Shown here one piece after another: positions 41,769-52,580 of a stretch of 64,000 nucleotides of DNA. This DNA is from an uncultured archaeon (GTDB lineage Archaea; Thermoproteota; Nitrososphaeria; Nitrososphaerales; Gagatemarchaeaceae). Position 1 is the stretch's first letter. Each line of letters opens with the position of its first letter. Under the pieces are notes generated by a model that saw nothing but the letters and a program-made list of their open reading frames with translations, searched no databases and was not told where the DNA came from. The position numbers were made by a program, and so were the translations under genes. The stretch is from NCBI GenBank assembly GCA_963799775.1, contig CAWCYD010000002.1:1-64000 (forward strand), written 5' to 3'.

Positions 41769-41843
41769 AAGTTAACTTCTACCTGAACTTCGACATTTAG
41801 GCGATAGGTAGAAGTTAACTTCAACATGAACTTCGACATCTGA
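41760..41843 (+). repeat. att-like sites 3a/3b (43-bp tandem); probable outermost attR
   Basis: GATAGGTAGAAGTTAACTTCTACCTGAACTTCGACATTTAGGC followed by GATAGGTAGAAGTTAACTTCAACATGAACTTCGACATCTGA. Confidence 0.9.
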
Positions 41844-42088
41844 GGACGCAAAGTCAAGGTCGATTCGGACCGGCTAGGAGACGGAGCAGGGTCAACCCCT
41901 GTCTTTGTCCCCTCGCGGTCGCCTCGGAGCACCTTTCAGAGTCTTCGGCACCGGCTGGGGCAGAACTGCTTCAGAGAATCGGAACTTAACTGGCCTTCGT
42001 AGCGTTCCATGCAAAGTCAGTTAACCGCCTGAGACCGCTCGGTGCCATGAGTTCCAGCACTCAGTCGAGCGTCAGGAGGGAGACACGC

Positions 42089-42514
42089 ATGGCGACGCAC
42101 GTCAGCCCCTACCTGAGGTTCAAGGGGAATTGCACCGAGGCAATGAATTTTTACGAGAACTGCTTCGGTGGAGACCTGAATCTCACGACCATCGCTCAAT
42201 CGCCGATGGCAGGTCAAATGCAAGGAGAAGATCCGAAGCACGTCTTCCAAGCCAGCCTGACGAGCGGCGGCATCGAGCTGCTAGGTTCGGACATGGCTCC
42301 GCGGGAGGGTCTGAAGAAAGGCAACGCGATGGCGCTCGCGTGTCAGTGTGCGAGCGAACAAGAGCTGAGGAACCTCTTCGCAAAGCTCTCCGCCGGTGGC
42401 AAGGTGAACTCCCCCGTGGACAAGGCAGCGTGGGGCGGACTCTACGGCCAACTCGTCGACAAGTTCGGGAACGAGTGGATGCTCACCTTCATGGAGCAGC
42501 GACACCGGCCCTAG
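42089..42514 (+). CDS. PhnB-like VOC protein
   Basis: SPYLRFKGNC.EAMNFY, WGGLYGQLVDKFGNEW. Confidence 0.85.
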   Translation: MATHVSPYLRFKGNCTEAMNFYENCFGGDLNLTTIAQSPMAGQMQGEDPKHVFQASLTSGGIELLGSDMAPREGLKKGNAMALACQCASEQELRNLFAKLSAGGKVNSPVDKAAWGGLYGQLVDKFGNEWMLTFMEQRHRP

Positions 42515-42718
42515 CGGGAAGCTCTCTTCTTCCTCCGGGGTGCCAGTCGAAGATTCCTTCTCATCCCTCTCTTGAGAGGGCGGAGCTTCTCTGGGTCCAT
42601 GACGTCCTCGAGGATTCCCGGCCCGACGGTCCCGAAGTACGCCTGGAGACTCGCGATCTATTGCTCCACCGTCGCAGGGAAATGGAAGGCGGAGGCCCAT
42701 GTCGGGGTTCGGAGACCC

Positions 42719-44199
42719 TCAGGCCAGGGACGAGGGACGCACTATCGTGAATCCGGCATTCGAATGATTGGAGGACTTGGACTCGATCGCGTCGGCCCAC
42801 TTCCTTGTGACCTCGATGAGCTCGCCTCGCAGGTCTTCACCCGTCAAGCCCATCCTGCGTATCTCTTCTATTCCATCCGCCAACTCGTTGAGGCCTAGGA
42901 CATCCCTGATCCACTTCTCGTAATCCCTCCTCTTGGCGTGGAACTCGATCGAATCGATGGGCGACCTTTCGAGGGCCTCTATGAATCCCTCGACGGAGGT
43001 CGCAAGTATCCCCGTGTAATGCCCGAAGTTGGTGAAACAGTAGAACGCGGTCTCTAGAGGCGAAGCTATGATTCCAGATACCACCTCATCCGAGAGGATC
43101 GATACGCTCGGCCAGATCCTGCTCCCGCTCAGGACGGTCGCCCTGTCGCCGATCACGCACCCGGGACCGATTATCGATCCGCTCACGGAGGCATTGTCGT
43201 GGACCACAACGGTCTCGCCTATCACGCTATCTGAGATGGTGCAGTTCCGCCCAACATACACCCTCTCCATTATGGCGCTGCGCTCGATCGAGCTGCCCGA
43301 AGAGATCAGCGCGTTCCTCTTCACCGAGCAATCTCTACCTATCTTCACCCTTTCCTCGATCGTGACGTCTCTCTCTATGATGACCGGCTCAGCAATCTGG
43401 ACCCCCCGTGCTATTGAGGCTGACCCGTGAGTCATCGCGACGTTCGGCGACGATGTCTGCGGACCTGGTTGCGGTCGGCTCGTCGTCTCCAACACCCATT
43501 TCATCCCGCCCAGGAATCCCTCGAGATTTCCGATGTCCACCCAGAACGCGTCCGAGGCGAAACCATACAACTTCTTGTGGAGCCTCAAGAGGTGCGGAAA
43601 GAGGTCCTTGGCAAAATCCCACTTGTTGTCAGACAGGTAGTCTATCGATTCCGGCTCCATCACATAGAAGCCTGTGCTGACGAGGTTGCTTCTCGCTTCT
43701 CCCCTCTTCGGCTTCTCTTGGAACTCTGTGATCATGTTCTTGTCATCGAGCAGCGCTACGCCGTACTCCGAAGGGTCGGGCACCCTTGTCAGCACGATGG
43801 TCGTCAGGGAACCGACCTTGTGATGAAAGTCTACCGCCTCGCGAAGCGGAATCTCGGTCAAGGTGTCCGCCTGGGCAATCAAGAAAGTTTCGTCTAGCAG
43901 GTGTTCGACAAGTTTGAGACACCCGGCCGTCCCGATATGAAGCCCTTCTGGTTCGACCGCATAGGTGATACGCACGCCGTAGCTCGAGCCGTCACCGAGA
44001 TAGTCCATGATCTGGTCCCTCTGGGGACCCTGACCACCGTGACGACCTCGTCAAAGCCCTCTTTTGCAAGGCGCGTGAGCACGTAGTGGATGGAGGGCTC
44101 CGGACCCAACGGGATCATCGGTTTCGGCCGCGTGAAGGTTAGCGGTCGCAGCCGCGTCCCTTCCCCGGCCGCAAGGACCACCGCTTTCGCCCCACTCAC
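42719..44199 (-). CDS. NDP-sugar pyrophosphorylase with hexapeptide repeats and C-terminal DUF5752-like domain (frameshift near 44025)
   Basis: LAAGEGTRLRPLT, EKP, WVDIG, LbH repeats, SIEFH..R.DYEKWI. Confidence 0.85.
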
Positions 44200-44243
44200 C
44201 CATCGAGAACGAGTTGGCTCCGCTCTAATTAATGGTTGCTGTC

Positions 44244-45026
44244 CTAGGCGCTCTTTGCGAAATTGCCGCTTCCGTCGGGTAATAGGTCGAAGCGGATCTT
44301 TCCGTTCTCCATCGCCAAGTTCTGGACGACGTAGTCGGAGGAGTAGGTCTTCGAGAGGGCGCCCCTGACCACCCCCACCAGGAACTGGTCCACGACCCCT
44401 TTCTTGGAGCCCGATGTCACAGGCTGGTCGATTACTACCTTGAGCCCCCTGAAGTCCCCTGAGAGCTCCAGCACTCCCAGCCCCACGGCGCCGAAGTATG
44501 CCTTTAGATTCGCGATCTCCTGCTCCACCGGCGCAGGGACGTGGAAGAGCGTCCTTATGCTGTCCATGATCTCCTCTCCCACCGTGACGCCTTGGTTGTG
44601 GAGTATCACTCCACCCGGGGTCCCGAAGGTCTTGAGGATCGAGTCGATCAGCGCCGCCCAACCCTCCGCTGAGAGCACGAAGACCCGCGTGTGGCCCGAG
44701 CGGGTCAGCGGGAACATCATGGTCTCGAACTTCACATCCGTCCTCGCTTCGATCCGAGCGTCCTTGACAAAGTCCAGTTTCTTGAGCGACTCCACAAGTT
44801 CCTTTGGCTTGACGGTCGCCCCGGCCATCTCCAAGTAGAAGATGTCGTAGCCCGTGCGCATATCGTCGGAGCATTGCAGACTGCCCGAGAGGATGTCGAT
44901 GTTCTTCTCTCCCATGATCGTCGCGAGCTTGGCGAGAACCATTGGCTTGGAGTCGACGGAGATGTAGAGCTCATAGACCTGGCGACCCTCGGGCGACGAT
45001 ATGCCCAGTGACCGAGTTTGCCTCAA
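44244..45026 (-). CDS. ACT-domain plus V4R-like regulatory protein
   Basis: DSKPMVLAKLA..MG.KNIDIL; FG..GVILHNQG...G, GLG, FLVGVVRG. Confidence 0.65.
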   Translation of the reverse strand: MRQTRSLGISSPEGRQVYELYISVDSKPMVLAKLATIMGEKNIDILSGSLQCSDDMRTGYDIFYLEMAGATVKPKELVESLKKLDFVKDARIEARTDVKFETMMFPLTRSGHTRVFVLSAEGWAALIDSILKTFGTPGGVILHNQGVTVGEEIMDSIRTLFHVPAPVEQEIANLKAYFGAVGLGVLELSGDFRGLKVVIDQPVTSGSKKGVVDQFLVGVVRGALSKTYSSDYVVQNLAMENGKIRFDLLPDGSGNFAKSA

Positions 45027-45275
45027 ATGGTCCGTATTGCGCTAGAGGAAATATAAGTAATTCGTGCGAATTCTCAAATCCATGTTAACTTTGGCGGCCT
45101 TGTGTGTTGACAATTGTCAGCCCGGCTGAAGGATGGCGCCCTTGCTCTCAGAATTCGAACTCGAGTTGGGCTTTTAAGAATTTCCAGCTCTTCAGGGCTG
45201 TTCTTGGTCCTCGATTACTGCGGCATCCTTATGCGTCTCCCTCGAAGCAACGTGTAGCTCTTGCCAGTAACGACA

Positions 45276-45990
45276 ATGTCGCCTCAGAAGGGCGCGGAAT
45301 TCGAGTCGCTGGACCAAGTGGCTGCGGCCATCGTGGAATGCAGGCGCTGCCCGAGGCTTGTCAGGTATCGGGAGTCGCTCCCGAAACGCAAGTCCTTCGG
45401 GTCGGAGGAGTACTGGCGGAGGCCGGTTCCCGGGTTCGGAGACCCGGAAGCCAGACTCGTGATCATCGGTCTCGCGCCAGCTGCGCATGGCGGGAACAGA
45501 ACGGGGAGGGTGTTCACAGGGGACGAGTCGGGAAAATTCCTGGTCAGGGTTCTCTTCGAGGCGGGTTACGCAAGCTCGCCCATTTCGTCTGGGCGAGCTG
45601 ACGGCTTGGTCTATTGCGACTGCTACGTCTCCGCCGCGGTGAGGTGCGCGCCGCCTGAGAACAAGCCGACCACGAAAGAGTTCGAGAACTGCAGCGAGTA
45701 TCTCGACTCCGAGCTAAGGCTTCTCCCGAACGCGAGGGCCGTGCTCGCGCTTGGAAAAGGCGGCCTTCGACTCCTATCTCGCCTACGCCCGCAGCAGAGG
45801 GGCAGACACGAAAGGCATGGGATTCTTCCATGGGGCCGTATACGCGCTCAGGAGTCTCCCCACTCTCTATGGCTCGTATCACCCAAGCCCTAGGAACACT
45901 TTCACGGGTAAGCTGACGAGGAGTATGCTGCTCTCCCTGCTCACGAGAATAAAGAAGGGTTCGGAGTCTTTCGACTCCGGGGCGATGTAG
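45276..45990 (+). CDS. Uracil-DNA glycosylase family 5 (UdgB-like; frameshift near 45758)
   Basis: CRRCPRL, GLAPAAHGGNRTGRVFTGD, RCAPPENKP, SYHPSPRN. Confidence 0.9.
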
Positions 45991-46033
45991 CGCTCGTCGC
46001 GAGCCTTTCGCGAGGAGTCTCAGCTCTAGCGCG

Positions 46034-46528
46034 CTATCGGGTGGAGTTAGACCCGCTCGACGTCGAGTTGGTCTCGAACATCGATGTGGAGGTTGTCACC
46101 GAACTCGAAGTTGTCGTGGAGCTCGTGCAGCTGGTCTCAATCGAGACGGTGCCGGTGCCGTTACTGGTCACGGAACTTGTAGACGTCGAATTGGAGGTCA
46201 AAGTGGCGCCGCTGGCCGGGACGCTCCCTGAGCTAGAAACAGTGCTCGTGGTCAACGTCGAGCTTGGCGTGGTAGAGTTGCAAGGCGAGCAAGGTGTGTA
46301 GGTGCCTGCACATGGCGTGGCCTTTGAGAGGTTGCTCGTGTTGGCGGTTGTGAATGGATTGGCTATGCTCGTAGTGTTGTTGGGTAGCGTACTGTTCGTG
46401 GTGGTGCTGTTGGGGTGGCTCGAGGCGAGATACACGGCGACTCCCGCGATTATGATGATAACAATCACGACTGCCGCTCCTGCTGACGCTGCGAGGCCCT
46501 TCCTGCCCTCCGTGACGTAGCTGGTCAA
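46034..46528 (-). CDS. S/T-rich membrane-anchored surface protein
   Basis: RKG followed by a hydrophobic helix (class III signal-like), then low-complexity S/T. Confidence 0.55.
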   Translation of the reverse strand: MTSYVTEGRKGLAASAGAAVVIVIIIIAGVAVYLASSHPNSTTTNSTLPNNTTSIANPFTTANTSNLSKATPCAGTYTPCSPCNSTTPSSTLTTSTVSSSGSVPASGATLTSNSTSTSSVTSNGTGTVSIETSCTSSTTTSSSVTTSTSMFETNSTSSGSNSTR

Positions 46529-46701
46529 GAAATCTCAAGTTCCAAAATGCCGACGTGCATTATATGCAAATACAGAGTCCGTATTAGATGAATGCTACAA
46601 ATCGGAACACGGAAGGCAGACCACAGTATCGGAGCAGTTCCCTCCAGAAGGGGACAAGCTAACAATAAATCGACGTGTGCTGATGACAGCGGCAGAGGAC
46701 C

Positions 46702-47487
46702 ATGGTCAGATTCCCTAGGTTCCCAAGACCGCTAATGGAGGCCTTGCATCGAAGGGGCACTGTCTTCACAATGATGTTCGTCTGCTTGGTCGCCTCCGTC
46801 TGCCTCAGCGCCGGTCTCTACCTGCTCCTAAGGGCTACAAATCCGCCGCCGCCCTACGGGCACCCTGGAGCCCCCACCTCAATTAGGGTTTGGACTGAAT
46901 CATACGCCAGCTGGAGCCAGGCAAGCCAGAGCTACGGACTGGACTTCGCCCTCAGTCTGCTGGCGCCGTTCTCGTTCCTCGCGGCGCTAGGTGTCATGAG
47001 ATTCCCCAGGGCGGCGTTCGTCACCTCGTTCTCACTCTTGAACCTTTTTTTCGCGTGGTCTTCCCATGTCATAGCCTCGATTTCTTTTTGGCTGCAATCC
47101 GGCCTGACGCAAGCGGTCTCCTCCCAAGACTTCTTCCTTTTGACGAGCCTGAGACTCTTCTTGTTCACAGGCAATGCCTATGTCGTCGCAGACGCGGAGT
47201 CTCTGGCCTTGCTCGCCGGTGTCGTCGCTTCCGCATTTCTCTTGGGCCGAGACCGCGGGAGGAGAAGGGCGCTGGTGCTCTCGACCTGGGCAGCGTCCCT
47301 CTGCCTCGTCATTCTTGGGATCGAGATCGCGGTCTTTGACTATCGCGAGCTCTTCCTGCACGTTACCCAGGCTCAAGTCGTCCTCGACCTTGCGCCGTGG
47401 TTCTCCAACGCGGACCTCCTCTTCTCGGCCCTCCTGGTCTTCTCGCTCGCGAGCCTCTCGCTCCGCCGCCCTTGGTCGGACCGCTGA
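46702..47487 (+). CDS. Hypothetical multi-TM protein
   Basis: About 6 hydrophobic segments. Confidence 0.55.
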   Translation: MVRFPRFPRPLMEALHRRGTVFTMMFVCLVASVCLSAGLYLLLRATNPPPPYGHPGAPTSIRVWTESYASWSQASQSYGLDFALSLLAPFSFLAALGVMRFPRAAFVTSFSLLNLFFAWSSHVIASISFWLQSGLTQAVSSQDFFLLTSLRLFLFTGNAYVVADAESLALLAGVVASAFLLGRDRGRRRALVLSTWAASLCLVILGIEIAVFDYRELFLHVTQAQVVLDLAPWFSNADLLFSALLVFSLASLSLRRPWSDR

Positions 47488-47617
47488 CCGGGTCATCCGC
47501 ACCCCGGAGGGCGCGCGCAGAATCTGGGGCCATCTGGCGGAGATTCACTAACAATTTTGGAACGAGTTCGGAAATCCAGTATATACTTCAAATACATGGA
47601 TGACATCGACGAAAACA

Positions 47618-48252
47618 TGACGACGACAAGAACCAAAGCAGCGACCATCGGGGTCCTCGCAGTGGCACTGGCAATAACCCTGGCCTACTCGGCCTTGGCC
47701 TTGCCCGCCTCCGCACAGGCCCAGACAAGCAACTCCACCACATCCAACTCGTCCAGTTCAGGCACAGCGACAAGCACAACGACCGCGCCCCCAGGAAGGC
47801 TCGGCGGCCCCGGCTGGGGCCCCTTCGGCGCAGGGCCTCTCCGCGGCGGCCACGGCCTCGGCCAGCAACCGGCCAACCTCACGGTCGGCCAGACAATCAC
47901 CATCACAAGCTCGAGCGGAAACTATGTGGTCGTGGGCAACCATGACCAGAACGGGACAGCGTCAGGCACGCTGACGTTCACCGTCACCGGCAAGCTAGCC
48001 GGCGGCTACACGCTCTCAATCACTTCAGGCAGCCTGGTCGTGAGCGGGACCACATACACAGTCTCCTCGGGCTCGGCCCAGATGGGAAGGGACGCCGCCC
48101 GACTCGTGGGACAGGGAGCCACAAGCTCCTCCGGTGAGTTCCTCGTGACCGCATCCGCCCATGGCAGCTTCGTGGGCACAACAGCAACGATGTCGCTAGA
48201 CCTCAGCAACGGGTCGACCGAGTACCTCGTCTTCCTTTCAGGCACAGCCTAG
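47618..48252 (+). CDS. Secreted beta-rich hypothetical protein
   Basis: Signal peptide, S/T linker, G/P-rich segment, beta domain; T-rich tract downstream. Confidence 0.6.
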
Positions 48253-48389
48253 AAGGACTGCGAGGCTACTCGGCCCGCCTTATTTTTTCCCTGATGGAGA
48301 CCCTTCTCCGCAGCGGGTCACGCAACGTAGACGTTTCCTTCAGAAGACTAATATCGCGTCAGACGTCGTTTCCTACCGGTTTTCAAGCC

Positions 48390-50914
48390 GTGGTGTCGAA
48401 GAACGCCATCGCGATCGTGATCGGAGTCTTGCTGATCGTCTCCAGCTTCGGGTTCCTCTTGTCCACCCAGTCGCAACCTCCTCGCTCGTCGTCGAGCAGC
48501 GTCTCCTCTCTCTCTTCGAGTGGCAGCTCTCTGTCGACGCGCACAACTCCGACCTCCGCCACTCTGAGCTCGCAGACCTCGACGACCCCCGGCTCGTCCA
48601 GCGCGAGCTCGACCGCCACCTCCACGTCAGCGACCACTTCTTCGACGGCCTCCACCACGACATCGGCGTCTTCCATGACATCGAGCGCCCCGAGTTCGAC
48701 GTCCTCGACCACCTCCTCGACGACCGCCTCGACGTCGACGAGCACCTTCTATCCGCCGACCCTCTACGTCGCCACGGACGGCAACGACGCATGGAGCGGC
48801 ACTCTCTCCTCGCCGAACAGCGCCCACACCGACGGACCCGTCGCGACGCTCGCGAAGGCCCAAAGCCTGGTTAGGACGATCAAGGGCGGGCAGAACGTGC
48901 CGAGCATCATCGCGGTAGAGGTGGAGAACGGGACATACTTCCTGGCGTCCTCGCTCACTCTCACCTCAGCCGACTCTGGGCACCCCACCACCCAGATCGT
49001 GTACGAGTCGGCCCCCGGTGCGACGGTCGTCATAAGCGGGGGCAAGGCGGTCACGGGCTGGACGAAGGTCGCGGGCAACGAGTGGGAGGCGTCCGCCACC
49101 GGCTTCCAGTACTTCGAACAGCTCTGGCTAAACAACCAGGTGATATTCCGACCGAGGACGACCAGCTCCTATCTCTACTTCGTGGGGCCGGTCTTCTCCA
49201 AGTACAGGAGCTCCAGTTGCTCGGTCCCATCGGGCACCCAGTACCAGTGCTTCAACAGGTTCCAGTTCAAGAGCGGCGACCTGGCCTCGAGCTACTACGA
49301 CCTCAACGACGTAGAGATCGACGACTTTGAGTGCTGGACCATGCCGAGGATGAGGCTCGCTTCAATTGACACGGCCAACGACACCGCCTACACCACGGGA
49401 GAGACGGCCCCGGTCTCCGACTGCCACGGGTTCATCGCGGGTCACAAGTATCTCGTGGAGAACGTGAAGGAGGGCCCTGAACCAGCCCGGGCAGTGGTAT
49501 TTCGACCAGCCCAACAACCAGATCCTCTACATGGCGGAGCCGGGGGAGAACCCCAACTCAGAGTCCTTCATCGCGCCTCAGCTCACCCAGCTCATCGTCG
49601 CGAACGGCCTGAGCTACGTCACCTTCCAGGGTATTACCTTCTCCAACTCGAACTGGGTCGTCCCTCCCCAGGGGTGGCAGTCTCCCCAGGGAGAGGAGCT
49701 CAGCGCCAACTCCTACGTCCCCGCGGCGCTCTCGTTCACGGGCTCGAGCTACATCACGATTGATGACTGCGTCGTCTCCCACATCGGGGACTACGGCATA
49801 GGCTTCTACGGGACGGGGCCGTTCACCCCCACGCAGCAGACCCCCTACAGCAACCAGATAACCAACAGCGAGGTCTACGACTCCGGGGTCGGCGGCATAG
49901 TCATCGGCCGGGTTCACCCTGCCCAACGACACGGACGCGAACGTGGCCGAATACGACCTGATCTCGAACGACCAGATAACGGGGATGGGGAGGTTCCTCC
50001 CCGGCGGCTACGCGATCTACGTCATGGACGCTCACAACAACATGGTGTCCCACGACACCGTCGACGACACCTACTCGAACGCCATCTCCGTCGGCGCCAC
50101 CTACGGGGGGAACCTTGCGGTCTCCCAGTACGCGTACGACAACATCGTCGAGTACAACCTCTGCTACGACGTGAACCAGGGCGTGGCCGAGGACGGAGGG
50201 GCCATCTACACCGCCTCCGGAGCGACCCAAGGGAACAAGATACTCAACAACGTGGTCCACGATGTCACCGCGGACATCAACTCCACGGTCCACGGCTACG
50301 GCGGATGGGGCATCTACTTCGACTCTACGAGCCAGAACGTCTATTCCGCGAACAACCTGGTCTACCGCACGTCCTTCCCGAGCATCCACCAGAACGACGG
50401 CTTCAACAACACAGTGACGAACAGCATCCTCGCCTACGGCAACTTCGGTCTCATAGACCGCTCGCACAACAACGCGAGCTCCCTGACCGTCGCCCACAAC
50501 ATCCTCCTCTGGGACATCAACTCCGACCAGGGCTCCTTCCAGCGCGGCATCTGGAGCTGCATCTCCACTTGCACGAGCCAGTTCTCCTTCGCAGACAACC
50601 TGTATTGGTATCTCAACGGGACGCCGAGCTTCTTCACGACGAACGGGGAGAACCAGAACCCGATGGTCCACACGCTCGCGCAATGGCAGGCACTCGGAGA
50701 GGATGCAGGCTCCATCATCGCCAACCCCCTCTTCACTGCTGCGAGCTACCCCACCTACAACTTCACCCTGGCCTCCAACTCGCCCGCGTTCAGCATCGGG
50801 TTCGTCCCCTTCGACCCCAGCCAGGCCGGGGTCATCCCGGGTTCGACGCCTCCACCTCCGCCTACACCAGCGGCGTTCCCGCTGCAGCTGTTGAACTCTG
50901 GCTCAGGCTTCTAG
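48390..50914 (+). CDS. Secreted right-handed beta-helix protein (GH141-like; frameshifts near 49470 and 49915)
   Basis: YVATDGNDAWSG..DGPVATL.KA, GTY.L, VISGG, DGGAIY, GWGIYFD. Confidence 0.78.
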
Positions 50915-50927
50915 AGGAGCAGCCCGC

Positions 50928-52577
50928 TCAAGCGGCGAAGATTCCTTCCTCGATGACGTACTTCCTCCTCGCGAGGTCCATGAGGTTCCTCGTGAAGACT
51001 ATGCCGTAGATCGCCACGACGATAGCGAAGAGCAGCGAGACGTACGCCGCGGGTGCGATGTTCCCGGCCGCCATGTTCGACGAGATGTAATACATCATCC
51101 CGTTCTTCACCTGAAGGCCTTGGGTTGAGACCGAGGGTGCAATCCCAGGCCAGAACTCCCCGATTGCGATTCCCGCCCACGCGCTGTTGATGGTGCTCGA
51201 CAGCCCGGTGATCAAGTAGGGGAGCGTCGAAGGGAAAATCACCCGCCTCATCTTGGTCCAGAATGGGATGTGGTAGTTCATCACCACCTCGTTGAACTCA
51301 GACGGCACCGCCTGGACCCCTATCCAAAAGTCGAAGAAGATGTAGTAGAAGCAGCTCAGGAAACCGAGGATGAAGATGTAGACCTCAGTGTAGGTGAAGG
51401 GGAGCGCGTGCTCGAGGAAGGGGAGGGTGGCGATGAAAATCAGCGGGAAGTATGTGGGCGCTGGGAACGCCGCGAAGACCTGGATAGCAGGGAGGAGAGC
51501 GTTGCTGGCCCTGTGGTGGTTCGAGAGGTAGTAGCCCACGAAGACTGCCGTCGCGAGCGAGGCGAGCGCGATGAGGCTGACGCGGATGTAATCGGCCCCC
51601 ACATATTCGAGGAGCTGGGGCGTCTCGGAGAAGAAGGTCATCCACGTCTGCTTGGGGACCGACGTGACAAGCTGCGCTGTCCCGTACAGCAGGTATCCGA
51701 GGACTCCCAGCAGGATGGCGATTCCGATATACTTGGTGGCCTTTGCCCGAGTCTGGTGCTTTTCTACGTCGAAGGCCTCGCCCATCCTTGCCCTTATCAC
51801 GCGTGAGTAGTATCCGCCCACCACGCTGCTCGACCTGAAGGCGCGCCACGGAGTGGCAAGCCTGCCCCGCCACCTGCCCGCGTTATGCTTGATGACCCCG
51901 GGCGTATCGACGCCGAACTTGGCTATCGCCCACCGGCTGACCCTTGAGAGAGACAGAGTGACTATCACGACGGCGACCGCTATTGATAGCAGGCAATACA
52001 CCACCCCAGTGAAATCCCCCGCGGCGGTGTATTGCGTGATGAGCGTCCCGATTCCGAAAGTCGAGCACTGGCCGCTCGGACAGATCTTCGCCGTGGCGAC
52101 CCCAGCGGTGAAGACTTCGCTCACGGAGATGTAGAAGAAGGCGTCAGCGAAGCTGGAGAAGACGTTCGAGGTTATCCTGGGGATGGAGTGTGGGATGAAG
52201 ATGGTCGACATCCTTCTCGCGAAGCTGAACCTGTAGTTGTCAGAGACCTCCAGGAGGTGCTCCGGGACGGTCTTGAAGGCCTGGTAGATGCCTATCCAGA
52301 CGTTCCAGACGACCGCGTCGAATACGAGGAAGTCGACGGCGAGCTCGACCCCTATCTGCCCAGGAATGGCGAGAACGAAGGCGACAAGGACCAGCGGCAG
52401 GAAGCCGATGACGGGAATCGACTCGAAGACGTTCACCAGAGGGACGTATATGCTCTCGAAGGTCCGGCTCTTGATTGCCGCGTAGGCCAGACCCCACCCG
52501 GTGAGGATCGAGAGGGCTATGAGCGCGAAGATCCTGACGAGTGTCGCGAGGGTAGCAAGCGGAATGGTGAGGTCCAC
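50928..52577 (-). CDS. NitT/TauT-type ABC permease (duplicated domain)
   Basis: SIPVIGFLP, FPAPTYFP, PSTLPYLITG. Confidence 0.85.
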   Translation of the reverse strand: MDLTIPLATLATLVRIFALIALSILTGWGLAYAAIKSRTFESIYVPLVNVFESIPVIGFLPLVLVAFVLAIPGQIGVELAVDFLVFDAVVWNVWIGIYQAFKTVPEHLLEVSDNYRFSFARRMSTIFIPHSIPRITSNVFSSFADAFFYISVSEVFTAGVATAKICPSGQCSTFGIGTLITQYTAAGDFTGVVYCLLSIAVAVVIVTLSLSRVSRWAIAKFGVDTPGVIKHNAGRWRGRLATPWRAFRSSSVVGGYYSRVIRARMGEAFDVEKHQTRAKATKYIGIAILLGVLGYLLYGTAQLVTSVPKQTWMTFFSETPQLLEYVGADYIRVSLIALASLATAVFVGYYLSNHHRASNALLPAIQVFAAFPAPTYFPLIFIATLPFLEHALPFTYTEVYIFILGFLSCFYYIFFDFWIGVQAVPSEFNEVVMNYHIPFWTKMRRVIFPSTLPYLITGLSSTINSAWAGIAIGEFWPGIAPSVSTQGLQVKNGMMYYISSNMAAGNIAPAAYVSLLFAIVVAIYGIVFTRNLMDLARRKYVIEEGIFAA

Positions 52578-52580
52578 AGG

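Larger units (their letters stand above)
20191..41843. mobile_element. Tyrosine-recombinase integrative island with tandem modules at the glnA 3' end
   Basis: Integrase directly after glnA, glnA-end repeats at the far side, AT-richer patches, defence and TA cargo. Confidence 0.85.

Noticed and set aside
37943-41843. CRISPR array interpretation of the palindromic repeats
   Set aside because: Spacing is 43 bp to 2.8 kb, there are no uniform spacers or cas genes, and the core matches the glnA end.
48500-48750. Low-complexity TCGAC/ACC repeats
   Set aside because: They encode the S/T linker of the surface protein.
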